This document shows positions 46,808-56,535 of a stretch of DNA of 64,000 bases, piece by piece. Source of the stretch: Clostridiales bacterium. GTDB lineage: Bacteria > Bacillota > Clostridia > Lachnospirales > CAG-274. The translations under genes were made by a program, and so were the position numbers. The DNA lies in NCBI GenBank assembly GCA_021200955.1, contig JAJQFU010000111.1, positions 214 through 64,213 on the forward strand, in the 5' to 3' direction. Each line of letters starts with the position of its first letter. Within the stretch, counting starts at the first letter, position 1. The notes below the pieces were generated by a model. The model was not told where the DNA came from. It saw nothing but the letters and a program-made list of their open reading frames with translations, and made no database searches.

Positions 46808-47842
46808 ATGAAAAGATTTTTAAGTATTTTATTAACAGCAGCAACAGTATTGACATTAAGTGCCTGCGGCTCATCTTCATCTTCAACCGCCTCATCGGAT
46901 ACAGCGGCTTCGGAAACAGACACAACAAAAGATACAAATGACACTGTTGTAATAGGAACAATGAACCTTGTAAACGCAGACCTTATAGCACAGTATGAGG
47001 AATATTATGAAAACGAGCTGGGGCTTCCCGTTAAGCTTGTAACCTTCGATTCAGGAAAAGACGTTAATACCGCTCTTGCGGCAGGAAGCGTTGACATTTC
47101 CGAGCTTGGTTCATCTCCCTCAGCTTTGGGACTTTCAAGCGGAACTGATTTTAAGGTGTTTTGGATAGGCGATATATTGGGAGCGGCAGAGTCCCTTGTT
47201 GTTAAAAACGATTCGGGCATAAATTCTGTTCAGGACTTGGTCGGCAAGAAAATAGCCACACCCTTTGCTTCGACATCTCATTACAGCCTTTTAAATGCCA
47301 TTAAGTCAGAAGGCATAAACGAAAACGATGTTACTCTTTTAGACCTTCAGCCGGCTGATATATATGCCGCTTGGCAAAGAGGAGACATTGACGGAGCTTA
47401 CATATGGTATCCTGTTTTGGATCAGCTTTTGGAGGACGGAAAGGTTATAACTCATTCGGGAGAATTAGCCGAAAAGGATATTATAACAGGGGATCTTAAT
47501 GTTGTAAGAACCGAATTTGCGGAAAAACACCCTGACGTGGTTGTAAATTATGTTAAGGCTCAGATTAAGGGCAATAACCTTCTTTTAAATGACAGCGAAA
47601 CAGCGGCGGCTGAAATAGCTTCTGTTCTTGAAATAAGCGAGGAAGATGCAGCAAGCCAGATTACTCAGTATGAATATTTAACAGCGGAAGAACAAATCGA
47701 CTTCATAGAAAACAAACTGCCTTCCGTTCTTAAAAACACAGCCGACTTCCTTGTGGAACAGGACAGCATTAAATCCGCTCTCAGCTTAGATGAATTTAAA
47801 GACAAGGTCACAACGGAATATATCGAAGAAGCAATTAAATAA
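46808..47842 (+). CDS. ABC transporter substrate-binding lipoprotein (TauA/SsuA-like), second system
   Basis: The lipobox is LTLSAC, followed by an S/T-rich linker. The body is that of a periplasmic-binding-protein type 2 fold. Confidence 0.8.
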   Translation: MKRFLSILLTAATVLTLSACGSSSSSTASSDTAASETDTTKDTNDTVVIGTMNLVNADLIAQYEEYYENELGLPVKLVTFDSGKDVNTALAAGSVDISELGSSPSALGLSSGTDFKVFWIGDILGAAESLVVKNDSGINSVQDLVGKKIATPFASTSHYSLLNAIKSEGINENDVTLLDLQPADIYAAWQRGDIDGAYIWYPVLDQLLEDGKVITHSGELAEKDIITGDLNVVRTEFAEKHPDVVVNYVKAQIKGNNLLLNDSETAAAEIASVLEISEEDAASQITQYEYLTAEEQIDFIENKLPSVLKNTADFLVEQDSIKSALSLDEFKDKVTTEYIEEAIK

Positions 47843-47855
47843 GCAGGTGATGTAA

Positions 47856-48701
47856 GTGGCAGACGAATGGAAAGAAAAACTATATGAGCCTTCGGGAGAG
47901 CTTATAGCTTTAAATAATGTAAAGTATGATGATACCCTTATCTCAATAAAAGACGTTGATTTAGCCTATGCAGGTGTTTCCGGAGAGGATATTAAGGCAA
48001 TAGAGGACATTAACTTCAATATTTACAGAGGAGAGTTTGTCTGCGTTCTGGGTCCCTCGGGCTGCGGCAAAAGCACACTTCTTAAAATTCTTGCCGGCTT
48101 TATAAAGCCTACATCGGGAGTTGTTGAGCTTGACGGCAAAAAAATTGAGGGAACAGACTGGCACAGAGGTGTTGTATTTCAAAATCCCCCGCTGTTTGAA
48201 TGGTTCTCCGTAAGAGATAATGTAGCCTTCGGCCCCAAAATGAGGGGTATTCCCAAAGCAGAATATACAAGGCTTACAGATGAATATTTGGAAAAGGTAG
48301 GCTTATCGGACTTTGCCGACAAAAAAATATATGAGCTTTCAGGAGGTATGAAACAGAGAGTTTCAATAGCAAGAACTCTTATAAATGACCCCGAAATTCT
48401 TCTTATGGACGAGCCTTTCGGTGCTCTTGACGCTCTGACAAGAGAAAACGTTCAGGACTTAACCCGAAAAATATGGTGGAGCAGCGGAAAGACAATATTT
48501 TTTATAACCCACGATGTGGAAGAAGCTTTACTCTTAGGCTCAAGAATAATCGTCCTGAGCAAGCACCCCGGCAGAGTAATCGAGGATATTTCCGTAACCT
48601 TTTCAAGAGAAATTGCCGAAGGAGCCGGAACAGACATAAAATTCACCGATACCTTTTACAAATACAGAGAAAAACTTTTAAAGCTTATAAATTCACAATA
48701 A
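47856..48701 (+). CDS. ABC transporter ATP-binding protein, second system
   Basis: Walker A is GPSGCGKST, the signature is LSGGMKQR and Walker B is ILLMDEPFGALD. Confidence 0.9.
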   Translation: MADEWKEKLYEPSGELIALNNVKYDDTLISIKDVDLAYAGVSGEDIKAIEDINFNIYRGEFVCVLGPSGCGKSTLLKILAGFIKPTSGVVELDGKKIEGTDWHRGVVFQNPPLFEWFSVRDNVAFGPKMRGIPKAEYTRLTDEYLEKVGLSDFADKKIYELSGGMKQRVSIARTLINDPEILLMDEPFGALDALTRENVQDLTRKIWWSSGKTIFFITHDVEEALLLGSRIIVLSKHPGRVIEDISVTFSREIAEGAGTDIKFTDTFYKYREKLLKLINSQ

Positions 48702-48767
48702 AATATTTAAGGAAACGATGGTTTCTGTCGTTTCCTTATTATTTTACAGACAGGAGTGTGATTTAGT

Positions 48768-51572
48768 ATGAAAATGAAAAAAATAACAGCAGCTTTTACA
48801 CTGTCGGCAATTTTGATTTCGTCGGTTTTTCCGCAGAATGTTTTTGCAGCCGGCTTTGCCGATGTAGCAGAAAATGCTTGGTATGCGGAAAGTGTGGATT
48901 ATGTAACCGACAATGGACTTATGGTTGGTATATCCGATAATGAGTTTGACCCCGACGGAATATTAACCAGAGGTATGTTTATCACTGTTCTTCACCGTTT
49001 GGAGGATTCTCCTCAGGCTGAAGAAAGCAGCGGTTTTACCGATGTAAATGAAAATGACTGGTTCTCTGCCGCTGTCAACTGGGGTGTTGAAAACGGTTTA
49101 ACCTCGGGAACAAGTTCAGACAGATTTGAACCGTATGGGTCACTGACAAGAGAACAGCTTGCAGTCTTTTTGCAGAGATATTATACGTTTAAGGGCGAAA
49201 ATACAGATAATACCGCTAAAGACGAGATTTCACTGTTTTCAGACCGATACAGCATCTCCGACTGGGCTGAAGATGCTGTTGCTTGGGCATATAATTCGGG
49301 AATTATTATAGGGGTTTCAGACAGCGAATTAAGCCCGAAAGGAATTGTTACAAGAGCGCAGACAGCGGTTATACTTTATAAAATAACCGGCGGAGAAGTC
49401 GGCGGCAAGTCAAAAGAAATTGATTCAGACAACTTATCAGACGATGAAACCGACAGTGAAGCACCAACGGAAGATGCTGTTTCCGAAACAACAACCGTAA
49501 AGAGAAGCGGAAGCTCAGGCGGAGGTTCAAGCAGCAGAAAAACTTCAACAACCGAAACAACCACCGAAGCGGTGGCAGAGGAAACAACCGAAGAATATAT
49601 AAACCTGTCAGACTATGAAAATACGCAGCTGTACTACAATGGTACGATTTATACGGTTGATGAAGATTATGAGGGTATATACGGCGATGTTCCCACTGCG
49701 GAATCGGTTTTGGTCGGCAACGGAAAAATTATTGCTGTAGCTTATACTGACAGCGAAAATGAAAAGCTGGAAAGAAGTGCCGAGCTTTACAATTCCAAAC
49801 AAATTAATTTAGACGGAAAAACAGTTGTCCCCGCTTTTCAGGACGCTCACAGCCATTTGGATATGGCAGATCAATATCCCGATGCAGGACCGGCAGCAGG
49901 AGTTACGGGTTACGATTCTTTGATAAGTGAAGGGAAAAAGGCATTACAGTCTTGGCTTGATGATAATCCCGAAATAACTTCAGGTTCGGCTTTGGTTACA
50001 GATGAAGCAGCCTCGGATTCGGCTGTTTCGGTAAGCTCTTACTGGTTTGTAACCCACGGATATGACAACACAGCATTTAAAGAAGACGGCTATGCCCACC
50101 CCACAAGGCAGATATTAGATGAAATTTCAACTGAATATCCTATTGTTTATATTCATACATCCGACCATATGGGTGTTGTAAATACGGCGGCATTAAAGCT
50201 TATAATCGAATCAGAGGAAGCACAGTCTGTTTACAGAACATATGTATATCCCAACTGGGACGGAATAGGCTTAACCCAGTCGGAAATAGCTTCGGGAATA
50301 GCAGACGGAACCTTTGACATTTGGGATCACTTTGACGATTTGACAGGGCTTTTAAGAGAAAACGGTTTTTATCAGCTTTACGGATATATGGGCGGACCCT
50401 ATGTTTTAGGCAACTCAGACGCCACTAAGACGGGAACAACCGAAGAAATTATAGCCCACGCAATGGAACTGTATGCAAGCTACGGCATTACCACAGGTGT
50501 AATAGGCGGCGGCAGCAGTGCGGCAAAAATTGCGGCAGTGGAAAGTCTTTATGAATCCGGAGAAGCAATTATTGATATACAGCATATGATGGGTTCTTTG
50601 GGAAGCTGGTTCGGAGAAGACGGCAGTGCCGGTCAAACCTACGAAAGTGGTTCAAAGGTAACAGGTGTTAAGATTTTTCAAGACGGCTCTCCCCAAGGCA
50701 AAACAGCATGGTTTTCCGTTGATGAAAATGACCCCGACGGAGCTAAGGGCGGCTATTATAAATTAGAGGGAGAAATAAGAACAGATGAGGATACATATTA
50801 TTGGGGTGAAGATAACAAAAAAATCGAAGATGATGCCTTGCTATCAGAGTTTGTTGAACTGATTGAAGCAAAGGTTCAGTTTACATCTCACTGCAACGGA
50901 ACAGGAGCAATTCAGCAGTTTATCGACAATTACGAGACCGCCTTAAAACAGGTTTACGGCGTAAGCGAGCTTACACAGGAAATTATTGATGAAGCAAAGG
51001 AAAATGTACGTCCTACAATTATTCACGCACAAACAGCAACAGCTGACCAAGTCAAAAAGTGCAGCGAACTGGGAATAAGTATTTCATTCTTTACAGATCA
51101 TGTGTATTATTTCGGCGATTATCATTTAAGCTCCACTCTGGGTCCCGTCAGAGGACAGACTATCAGCCCTATGGCAACAGCGTTGTCCTACGGCGATATT
51201 AATGTTACAATGCACCAAGACACACCTGTGGCAGTTCCCAATATGCTGTTCTCAATTTACAATGCTGTAAATCGTATAACAAGAGACGGTGAAGAAATAG
51301 GTCACGGAGCTGTGGTAAACGGCTATGAAACAACAGATGAAAGAATAGATGCCTATAATGCCCTTAAAGCAGTTACGATAAATTCCGCATGGCAGAATTT
51401 TGACGAAAATGAAAAGGGTTCGATAACTGAGGGCAAACAGGCAGATTTTGCGATTCTGAGTATAGACCCCCTCAGCCGGGAATTTTCAGAACTTGATACA
51501 GAAGCGGCAAGAACAGGCGCATTTGTGGTTCAGACAATTAATGACGGGAATACAGTCTATACATTAGAATAA
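48768..51572 (+). CDS. cell-surface (3x SLH domain) metal-dependent amidohydrolase-family protein
   Basis: It has a signal peptide and three SLH repeats (FADV..NAWYAESVDYV, FTDV..NDWFSAAVNW, FSDRYSISDWAEDAVAWA). An S/T/E-rich linker follows. The amidohydrolase motifs are FQDAHSHL, TSHCNGTG, IIHAQ, FFTDH and MHQDTP. Confidence 0.8.
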   Translation: MKMKKITAAFTLSAILISSVFPQNVFAAGFADVAENAWYAESVDYVTDNGLMVGISDNEFDPDGILTRGMFITVLHRLEDSPQAEESSGFTDVNENDWFSAAVNWGVENGLTSGTSSDRFEPYGSLTREQLAVFLQRYYTFKGENTDNTAKDEISLFSDRYSISDWAEDAVAWAYNSGIIIGVSDSELSPKGIVTRAQTAVILYKITGGEVGGKSKEIDSDNLSDDETDSEAPTEDAVSETTTVKRSGSSGGGSSSRKTSTTETTTEAVAEETTEEYINLSDYENTQLYYNGTIYTVDEDYEGIYGDVPTAESVLVGNGKIIAVAYTDSENEKLERSAELYNSKQINLDGKTVVPAFQDAHSHLDMADQYPDAGPAAGVTGYDSLISEGKKALQSWLDDNPEITSGSALVTDEAASDSAVSVSSYWFVTHGYDNTAFKEDGYAHPTRQILDEISTEYPIVYIHTSDHMGVVNTAALKLIIESEEAQSVYRTYVYPNWDGIGLTQSEIASGIADGTFDIWDHFDDLTGLLRENGFYQLYGYMGGPYVLGNSDATKTGTTEEIIAHAMELYASYGITTGVIGGGSSAAKIAAVESLYESGEAIIDIQHMMGSLGSWFGEDGSAGQTYESGSKVTGVKIFQDGSPQGKTAWFSVDENDPDGAKGGYYKLEGEIRTDEDTYYWGEDNKKIEDDALLSEFVELIEAKVQFTSHCNGTGAIQQFIDNYETALKQVYGVSELTQEIIDEAKENVRPTIIHAQTATADQVKKCSELGISISFFTDHVYYFGDYHLSSTLGPVRGQTISPMATALSYGDINVTMHQDTPVAVPNMLFSIYNAVNRITRDGEEIGHGAVVNGYETTDERIDAYNALKAVTINSAWQNFDENEKGSITEGKQADFAILSIDPLSREFSELDTEAARTGAFVVQTINDGNTVYTLE

Positions 51573-51590
51573 AGGTTTTCTTCTTTGGAA

Positions 51591-51621
51591 AAGCCTCCAC
51601 CGATAATAAAGGGGGAGGCTT
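51591..51621. terminator. bidirectional hairpin terminator between convergent genes
   Basis: AAGCCTCC-N15-GGAGGCTT has T-runs on both strands. Confidence 0.55.
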
Positions 51622-51624
51622 TAT

Positions 51625-52890
51625 TCATGCCGATTTAAAGTTTTTAATAATTTTACAGGTTTTTTCTATATCTTCATTGCAGTGGGCGGCGGAGATAAAC
51701 ATGGCCTCAAACTGTGAGGGAGCAATATATATTCCGTTTTCCAAAAGGTATGAAAAAAATTCGGCATATTTTTTTGTGTCGGAGGAAAGAGCGTCATCAT
51801 AGTTTTCAACCTTTCTGTCTGTGAAGAAGCCGCAGAGAAGGGAACCGATCCGGTTTACACTTAAACCGATTTCTTTCAGTGCATTTTCAAGCCCGGCGGC
51901 TTTTCGGTCTATTTCGGCGTAAATGTTTTTGTTTTCAGAGAGAATTTTAAGTGCGGTGATTCCGGCTGTTGTGGCTATGGGATTACCCGAAAGGGTTCCT
52001 GCCTGATAGACCTTTCCTATGGGAGATATGCACTGCATAATTTCCCTTCTGCCGCCGTAAACTGCCATAGGCATACCGCCGCCTACAATTTTGCCCAAAG
52101 CCGTCATATCCGGCTTTATGCCGTAATACTCCTGTGCACCGCCTAAGCCCAAACGGAAACCGGTTATAACCTCGTCAAATATAAGAACGGAATTATATTT
52201 ATCCGTTATATTCCTTAAAAAGGTAAGAAAGCCCGGTTTAGGCAGAACAACTCCCATATTTGCCGCCACAGGTTCAACAATAATACAGGCAATTTCGTTT
52301 CCGTATTTTTCAAAAAGTTCTCTTACTGAATTTTCATCATTATATTCGGCAACAAGAGTGTTTTGAGTATATGACTTCGGCACTCCGTCACTGTCGGGAA
52401 CGGCTGATGTTAAAGCGGCTGAGCCTGCCTTTACAAGCAGACCGTCGGAGTGGCCGTGATAACAGCCTTTAAATTTAACTATCATGCCTCTGTCGGTATA
52501 TCCTCTTGCGGCCCTTATGGCGGACATCGTGGCTTCCGTTCCGGAATTTACCATTCGCATAACTTCAATTGAAGGCATAAGGCTTTTAATAAGTTCCGCA
52601 AGTTCAACCTCATTTCGTGTAGGTGCACCGAATGTCAATCCCTTATCGCAAGCGGCTTTTACCGCTTCGATTATTTTGGGGTGGCTGTGACCCAGTATAC
52701 CGGGACCCCATGAACACACATAATCTATATATTCATTTCCGTCAGCATCATAAATTTTATCGCCCTTTGCTCTGTCTATAAAAAGAGGTGTCCTTCCCAC
52801 AGCGGAAAAAGCCCTTACGGGGCTGTTTACCCCTCCGGGCATAAGGCTTACGGCTCGTTTGTACAGTTTCTTTGAAATTTCTTCTTTCAC
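51625..52890 (-). CDS. hemL: glutamate-1-semialdehyde 2,1-aminomutase
   Basis: It has PGGVNSPVRAF and the class-III aminotransferase fold. I chose the GTG at 52890, 7 nt after GGAG, which avoids an overlap with hemB. Confidence 0.9.
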   Translation of the reverse strand: MKEEISKKLYKRAVSLMPGGVNSPVRAFSAVGRTPLFIDRAKGDKIYDADGNEYIDYVCSWGPGILGHSHPKIIEAVKAACDKGLTFGAPTRNEVELAELIKSLMPSIEVMRMVNSGTEATMSAIRAARGYTDRGMIVKFKGCYHGHSDGLLVKAGSAALTSAVPDSDGVPKSYTQNTLVAEYNDENSVRELFEKYGNEIACIIVEPVAANMGVVLPKPGFLTFLRNITDKYNSVLIFDEVITGFRLGLGGAQEYYGIKPDMTALGKIVGGGMPMAVYGGRREIMQCISPIGKVYQAGTLSGNPIATTAGITALKILSENKNIYAEIDRKAAGLENALKEIGLSVNRIGSLLCGFFTDRKVENYDDALSSDTKKYAEFFSYLLENGIYIAPSQFEAMFISAAHCNEDIEKTCKIIKNFKSA

Positions 52891-52894
52891 AAAA

Positions 52895-53869
52895 TCACTC
52901 CTGTTCCTTTTCGGAAAGCCAGTCCGCAATATCCAAAGCGTGGTAGGTTATAATTATTTTTGCTCCGGCTCTTTTTATTGCCGTTATATTTTCCAAAACA
53001 ATTTTTTTCTCGTCTATCCAGCCCATATTTGCGGCGGCTTTAACCATAGAATATTCACCGCTGACGTTGTAGGCGGCTATCGTATGGTCAAAACGGACAC
53101 TTGCTTCTTTTATAACATCGAGATATGCAAGAGCAGGCTTAACCATAACAATATCGGCTCCTTCGTCAATGTCATATTGAATCTCTCTCATAGCCATTTT
53201 TGCATTGGCGCTGTCCATTTGATAAGACTTTCTGTCACCGAATTTCGGGGCGGAATCTGCGGCTTCTCTGAAAGGACCGTAATATGCCGAGGCATATTTG
53301 GCACTGTATGCCATAATAGGTGTATTTATAAAGTCCTTTTCATCAAGAGCCTGTCTTATTGCTCCTACTCTGCCGTCCATCATATCCGACGGAGCAATTA
53401 TATCTGCTCCTGCTTCAACAAGGCTTATTGACATTTTGCAAAGCAGCTTCAGCGTTTCGTCATTCAAAATATTCCCGTTCCTTACAAGTCCGCAGTGGCC
53501 ATGTGATGTATATTCGCAAAGACATACATCGGCTATAACGATTAAATCAGGATATTTTTCCTTAATATGCCTTACCGCTCTTTGAGTAACTCCGTCTTTA
53601 TTATAGGCTTCGCTTGCCTTTTCGTCCTTATAACCCGGTATTCCGAAAATAAGTATTGCCTTAATTCCCTTTCGGCTCACTCTTTCAAGCTCTTCGTCAA
53701 GCCTGTCCACCGAATACTGATAAATCCCCGGCATTGATTCAACGGCATTTTTTATATTCTCACCTTCGATTACAAATACAGGATAAACCAAATCCCTTAA
53801 ATCAATCTTGGTTTCCCTCACAAATGCTCTGATATTGGGGCTTGTTCTGAGCCTTCTCATTCTCTGCAT
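52895..53869 (-). CDS. hemB: porphobilinogen synthase (delta-aminolevulinate dehydratase)
   Basis: It has the motifs RRLRTSPNIRAFVRET, DVCLCEYTSHGHCG (Cys-rich metal site) and MVKPALAYLD. The start was chosen at the ATG that follows GGAGGA. Confidence 0.9.
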   Translation of the reverse strand: MQRMRRLRTSPNIRAFVRETKIDLRDLVYPVFVIEGENIKNAVESMPGIYQYSVDRLDEELERVSRKGIKAILIFGIPGYKDEKASEAYNKDGVTQRAVRHIKEKYPDLIVIADVCLCEYTSHGHCGLVRNGNILNDETLKLLCKMSISLVEAGADIIAPSDMMDGRVGAIRQALDEKDFINTPIMAYSAKYASAYYGPFREAADSAPKFGDRKSYQMDSANAKMAMREIQYDIDEGADIVMVKPALAYLDVIKEASVRFDHTIAAYNVSGEYSMVKAAANMGWIDEKKIVLENITAIKRAGAKIIITYHALDIADWLSEKEQE

Positions 53870-55232
53870 TTTCAATTTCCTCCAATTTCTTTATTATTCC
53901 TTCTGTGATGTATTCTTCGGCAATATAAGGGCTGTAACCATACTCCCCAAGCCTTTTTGCCGTAACCTCTCCTATGGCAATAATTTTTCCCTTAGGGGCA
54001 TATTTGCCGCAGTAAAAATCCACCGCAGAAGGACTTCCGAATATTATATAATCTGTGTTTGCTTCTCTGACATTGCTTAATTTTACATCATATATTTTAA
54101 CATCATCGTAGTTTTCGATATGTTTAAGCAAGTCCTCCGTTCCTTTTTCGGCTCTTAAAATCAGCTTTTTCCCCTTAAAGCCTGAAAGTGCCTTTGAAAG
54201 CTCCTCTGCTGTATATTTTTCGGGCATAACATCGGCATAAATTCCAAGCTTCGCCAAAGCTTCATAGGTTGACTTGCCTATAACGGCAAATTTTATGTCT
54301 GCAAGCCTTCTTATATCAATATGCTTTTCTCTTAAATATTCCCCGAATATATTTACACCTGCCGTACTTGTGAAAACAATGTATTCACAGCTTAAATCCA
54401 AATCAAAGCCATATTTTTTGACCTCAAGGGTTCCGCAGTCGAAAATATCATAGTTAAAAAGCCCTGTTTTAAGCCTTTCCTTAAAGCCGCAGGTGCCTAT
54501 TATTCCTACACTTTTCCTGTTGTATTTAAGCTTCATTTCGGCGGTTTTCCCTACAACAAAAACCGACGGCGGTTTAATTTCGTTTTCTTTAACGCATTTT
54601 TCCGCATTTTTAAGGCTTGTCCTGAATACTCTTTCGTTTTCCGTTCCGCCCTTTTCAATAAAAGCGGCAGGTGTGTTTTTATCCGCTCCGCCTTTTATCA
54701 GCCTTTCGGAAATAACCCCGGCATTTTTAACACCCATAAGAAAGACAAGAGTTCCTTTCATTTTTGCAAGAGCATCATAATTTACATTTTCTTCTTCGGC
54801 GGTATGGCCTGTTATAATATGTAAATCCTGACTTACCGCTCTGTGTGTAACAGGTATGCCGCAAAGCTCCGGAGCGGCTATAGCAGAGGTTATTCCCGGC
54901 ACAACCTCAAAAGGAATGTTGTTTTTTATGCACTCCTCAGCTTCCTCTCCTCCTCTGCCGAAAACAAAGGGGTCACCGCCTTTAAGCCTTACAACTCTGT
55001 CATATTTCCCTGCCATAGCTGTAATAAGGCTGTTTATTTCAGACTGCTTCATACTGTGGTTATCAGCTTCTTTACCGGCAAATATTTTAACGCAGTCTTT
55101 TTTTGCAAAATCAAGAAGCCTGTTATCTATAAGCCTGTCATAAATTATAACATCACTTTTCTTTATAAGCTCCGCTCCGTAAAGGCTTATATATTTATAA
55201 CTGCCTGTCCCTGCTCCCACCAAATAAACCAT
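53802..55232 (-). CDS. uroporphyrinogen-III C-methyltransferase / uroporphyrinogen-III synthase fusion (CobA-HemD)
   Basis: The N-terminus, VYLVGAGTGSYKYISLYG...VVRLKGGDPFVFGRGGEE, is SUMT-like. The C-terminal ~230 aa is HemD-like. Confidence 0.85.
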   Translation of the reverse strand: MVYLVGAGTGSYKYISLYGAELIKKSDVIIYDRLIDNRLLDFAKKDCVKIFAGKEADNHSMKQSEINSLITAMAGKYDRVVRLKGGDPFVFGRGGEEAEECIKNNIPFEVVPGITSAIAAPELCGIPVTHRAVSQDLHIITGHTAEEENVNYDALAKMKGTLVFLMGVKNAGVISERLIKGGADKNTPAAFIEKGGTENERVFRTSLKNAEKCVKENEIKPPSVFVVGKTAEMKLKYNRKSVGIIGTCGFKERLKTGLFNYDIFDCGTLEVKKYGFDLDLSCEYIVFTSTAGVNIFGEYLREKHIDIRRLADIKFAVIGKSTYEALAKLGIYADVMPEKYTAEELSKALSGFKGKKLILRAEKGTEDLLKHIENYDDVKIYDVKLSNVREANTDYIIFGSPSAVDFYCGKYAPKGKIIAIGEVTAKRLGEYGYSPYIAEEYITEGIIKKLEEIENAENEKAQNKPQYQSICEGNQD

Positions 55233-56533
55233 TATGTCTCACCTCTTGCCGAAGCCTTAAGCTTATCGGCCATTAAAGCCGCTGCTTTTTCGGCATTCTC
55301 TTTTCTTTCAATGACGGTGACTTTCTCCGTCTTTTCCCCGAAATAAGCCCCTTTTAATATAAGTGTATCAGCATTTATTTCGGAATAAACCCCTACGGGA
55401 AAATGACAGCCCATTCCCAGCCTTGTAACAACACCCCGTTCCGCAAGAAAGGAATAAAATGTGTCTTTATCGTTTATTTTCCTTAAAAGCTCATTAAATC
55501 TGCTGTTTTTCCTTCCTTCAACGGCAATAATTCCCTGACAGGGGGCAGGTATAAACTTATCTGTAGCCTGTATTTTAAAATCATATTTTTCATTTTCCAT
55601 AAGTCCGAGCCTTTTAAGCCCGGCGTAGGCAAGCACAACACCGTCATATTCGCCGCTTTCAATTTTTTTAAGTCTTGTTTCCACATTTCCCCTTATACCC
55701 TTGGCTTTGCATTTTATTTGGCGGCTTCGTCTTTCACTGCTTGTTCCCAAAACGGAATTTTCGTCCAAAATTCTGCCTTTCAGAGTTACAATAACATCAT
55801 TTGCCTTTTCTCTTTTAGGTGTGGCAATTATTTCAAGCCCCTCGCCCAAAACAACAGGCAGATCCTTGCCGCTGTGAACAGCTATATCTATTTTATCCTC
55901 AAGCAACGCTCTTTCAAGAGAACCGGTAAAGGCTCCTTTGCCGCCGAATTCATCAAGCCCCTTTGTTTGGTTTTCGTCGCCTTCTGTGGAAAACTCAGCA
56001 ATGTCGCAGATAATGTTTTTATCGACCGCTTTTATAAGTCCGACAGCAATTTCCGTCTGAATTTTTGCGAGCCTGCTTTTTCTCGTGCCTATTCTAATTA
56101 CATTTTTGTCCATAAACTCTGAAATCTCCTCTTTAAGCCTTTTTGACCTTTTGGGGTTGTTTTCACCGGAATTGACAGAAATAACCAAATTGTCCCGTTT
56201 TACGGACGCTCCGAAAATAAAGCTGCTTTCTTTAGCACTGTCGGCAATGTTTACAAATATACCTCTGCTTCTGCAAAGCCTGCCCACTTCTTTGTTTACG
56301 TATCTGTCATTTGTCGCTGCAATTACAATAAAAGCATTTTCAATATCGCTCTCGTCAAATTCCTTTTGAATGACTTCACAGCCCTCAAAGGAACACTTTA
56401 TCTCCGCCGCAACAACCTTAACTCTTGCCCCGAAAGAAATAAGTGTTTCCGCCTTTCTCTTTGCGACATTTCCGCCGCCTATAACAACGCAAGTCTTGTC
56501 TTTTATATCAATGAACATAGGAAAATATGCCAT
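55232..56533 (-). CDS. precorrin-2 dehydrogenase/sirohydrochlorin ferrochelatase (SirC/Met8-like) fused to hydroxymethylbilane synthase (HemC)
   Basis: The N-terminus, FPMFIDIKDKTCVVIGGGNVAKRKAETL, is a siroheme synthase N-domain. From about aa 155, IRIGTRKSRLAKIQTE marks the HemC start. Confidence 0.85.
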   Translation of the reverse strand: MAYFPMFIDIKDKTCVVIGGGNVAKRKAETLISFGARVKVVAAEIKCSFEGCEVIQKEFDESDIENAFIVIAATNDRYVNKEVGRLCRSRGIFVNIADSAKESSFIFGASVKRDNLVISVNSGENNPKRSKRLKEEISEFMDKNVIRIGTRKSRLAKIQTEIAVGLIKAVDKNIICDIAEFSTEGDENQTKGLDEFGGKGAFTGSLERALLEDKIDIAVHSGKDLPVVLGEGLEIIATPKREKANDVIVTLKGRILDENSVLGTSSERRSRQIKCKAKGIRGNVETRLKKIESGEYDGVVLAYAGLKRLGLMENEKYDFKIQATDKFIPAPCQGIIAVEGRKNSRFNELLRKINDKDTFYSFLAERGVVTRLGMGCHFPVGVYSEINADTLILKGAYFGEKTEKVTVIERKENAEKAAALMADKLKASARGET

Positions 56534-56535
56534 AA

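Noticed and set aside
49369-49587. Minus-strand ORFs (72 and 62 aa) within the SLH-amidohydrolase gene
   Set aside because: They are antisense to the S/T/E-rich linker. They are low-complexity artefacts.
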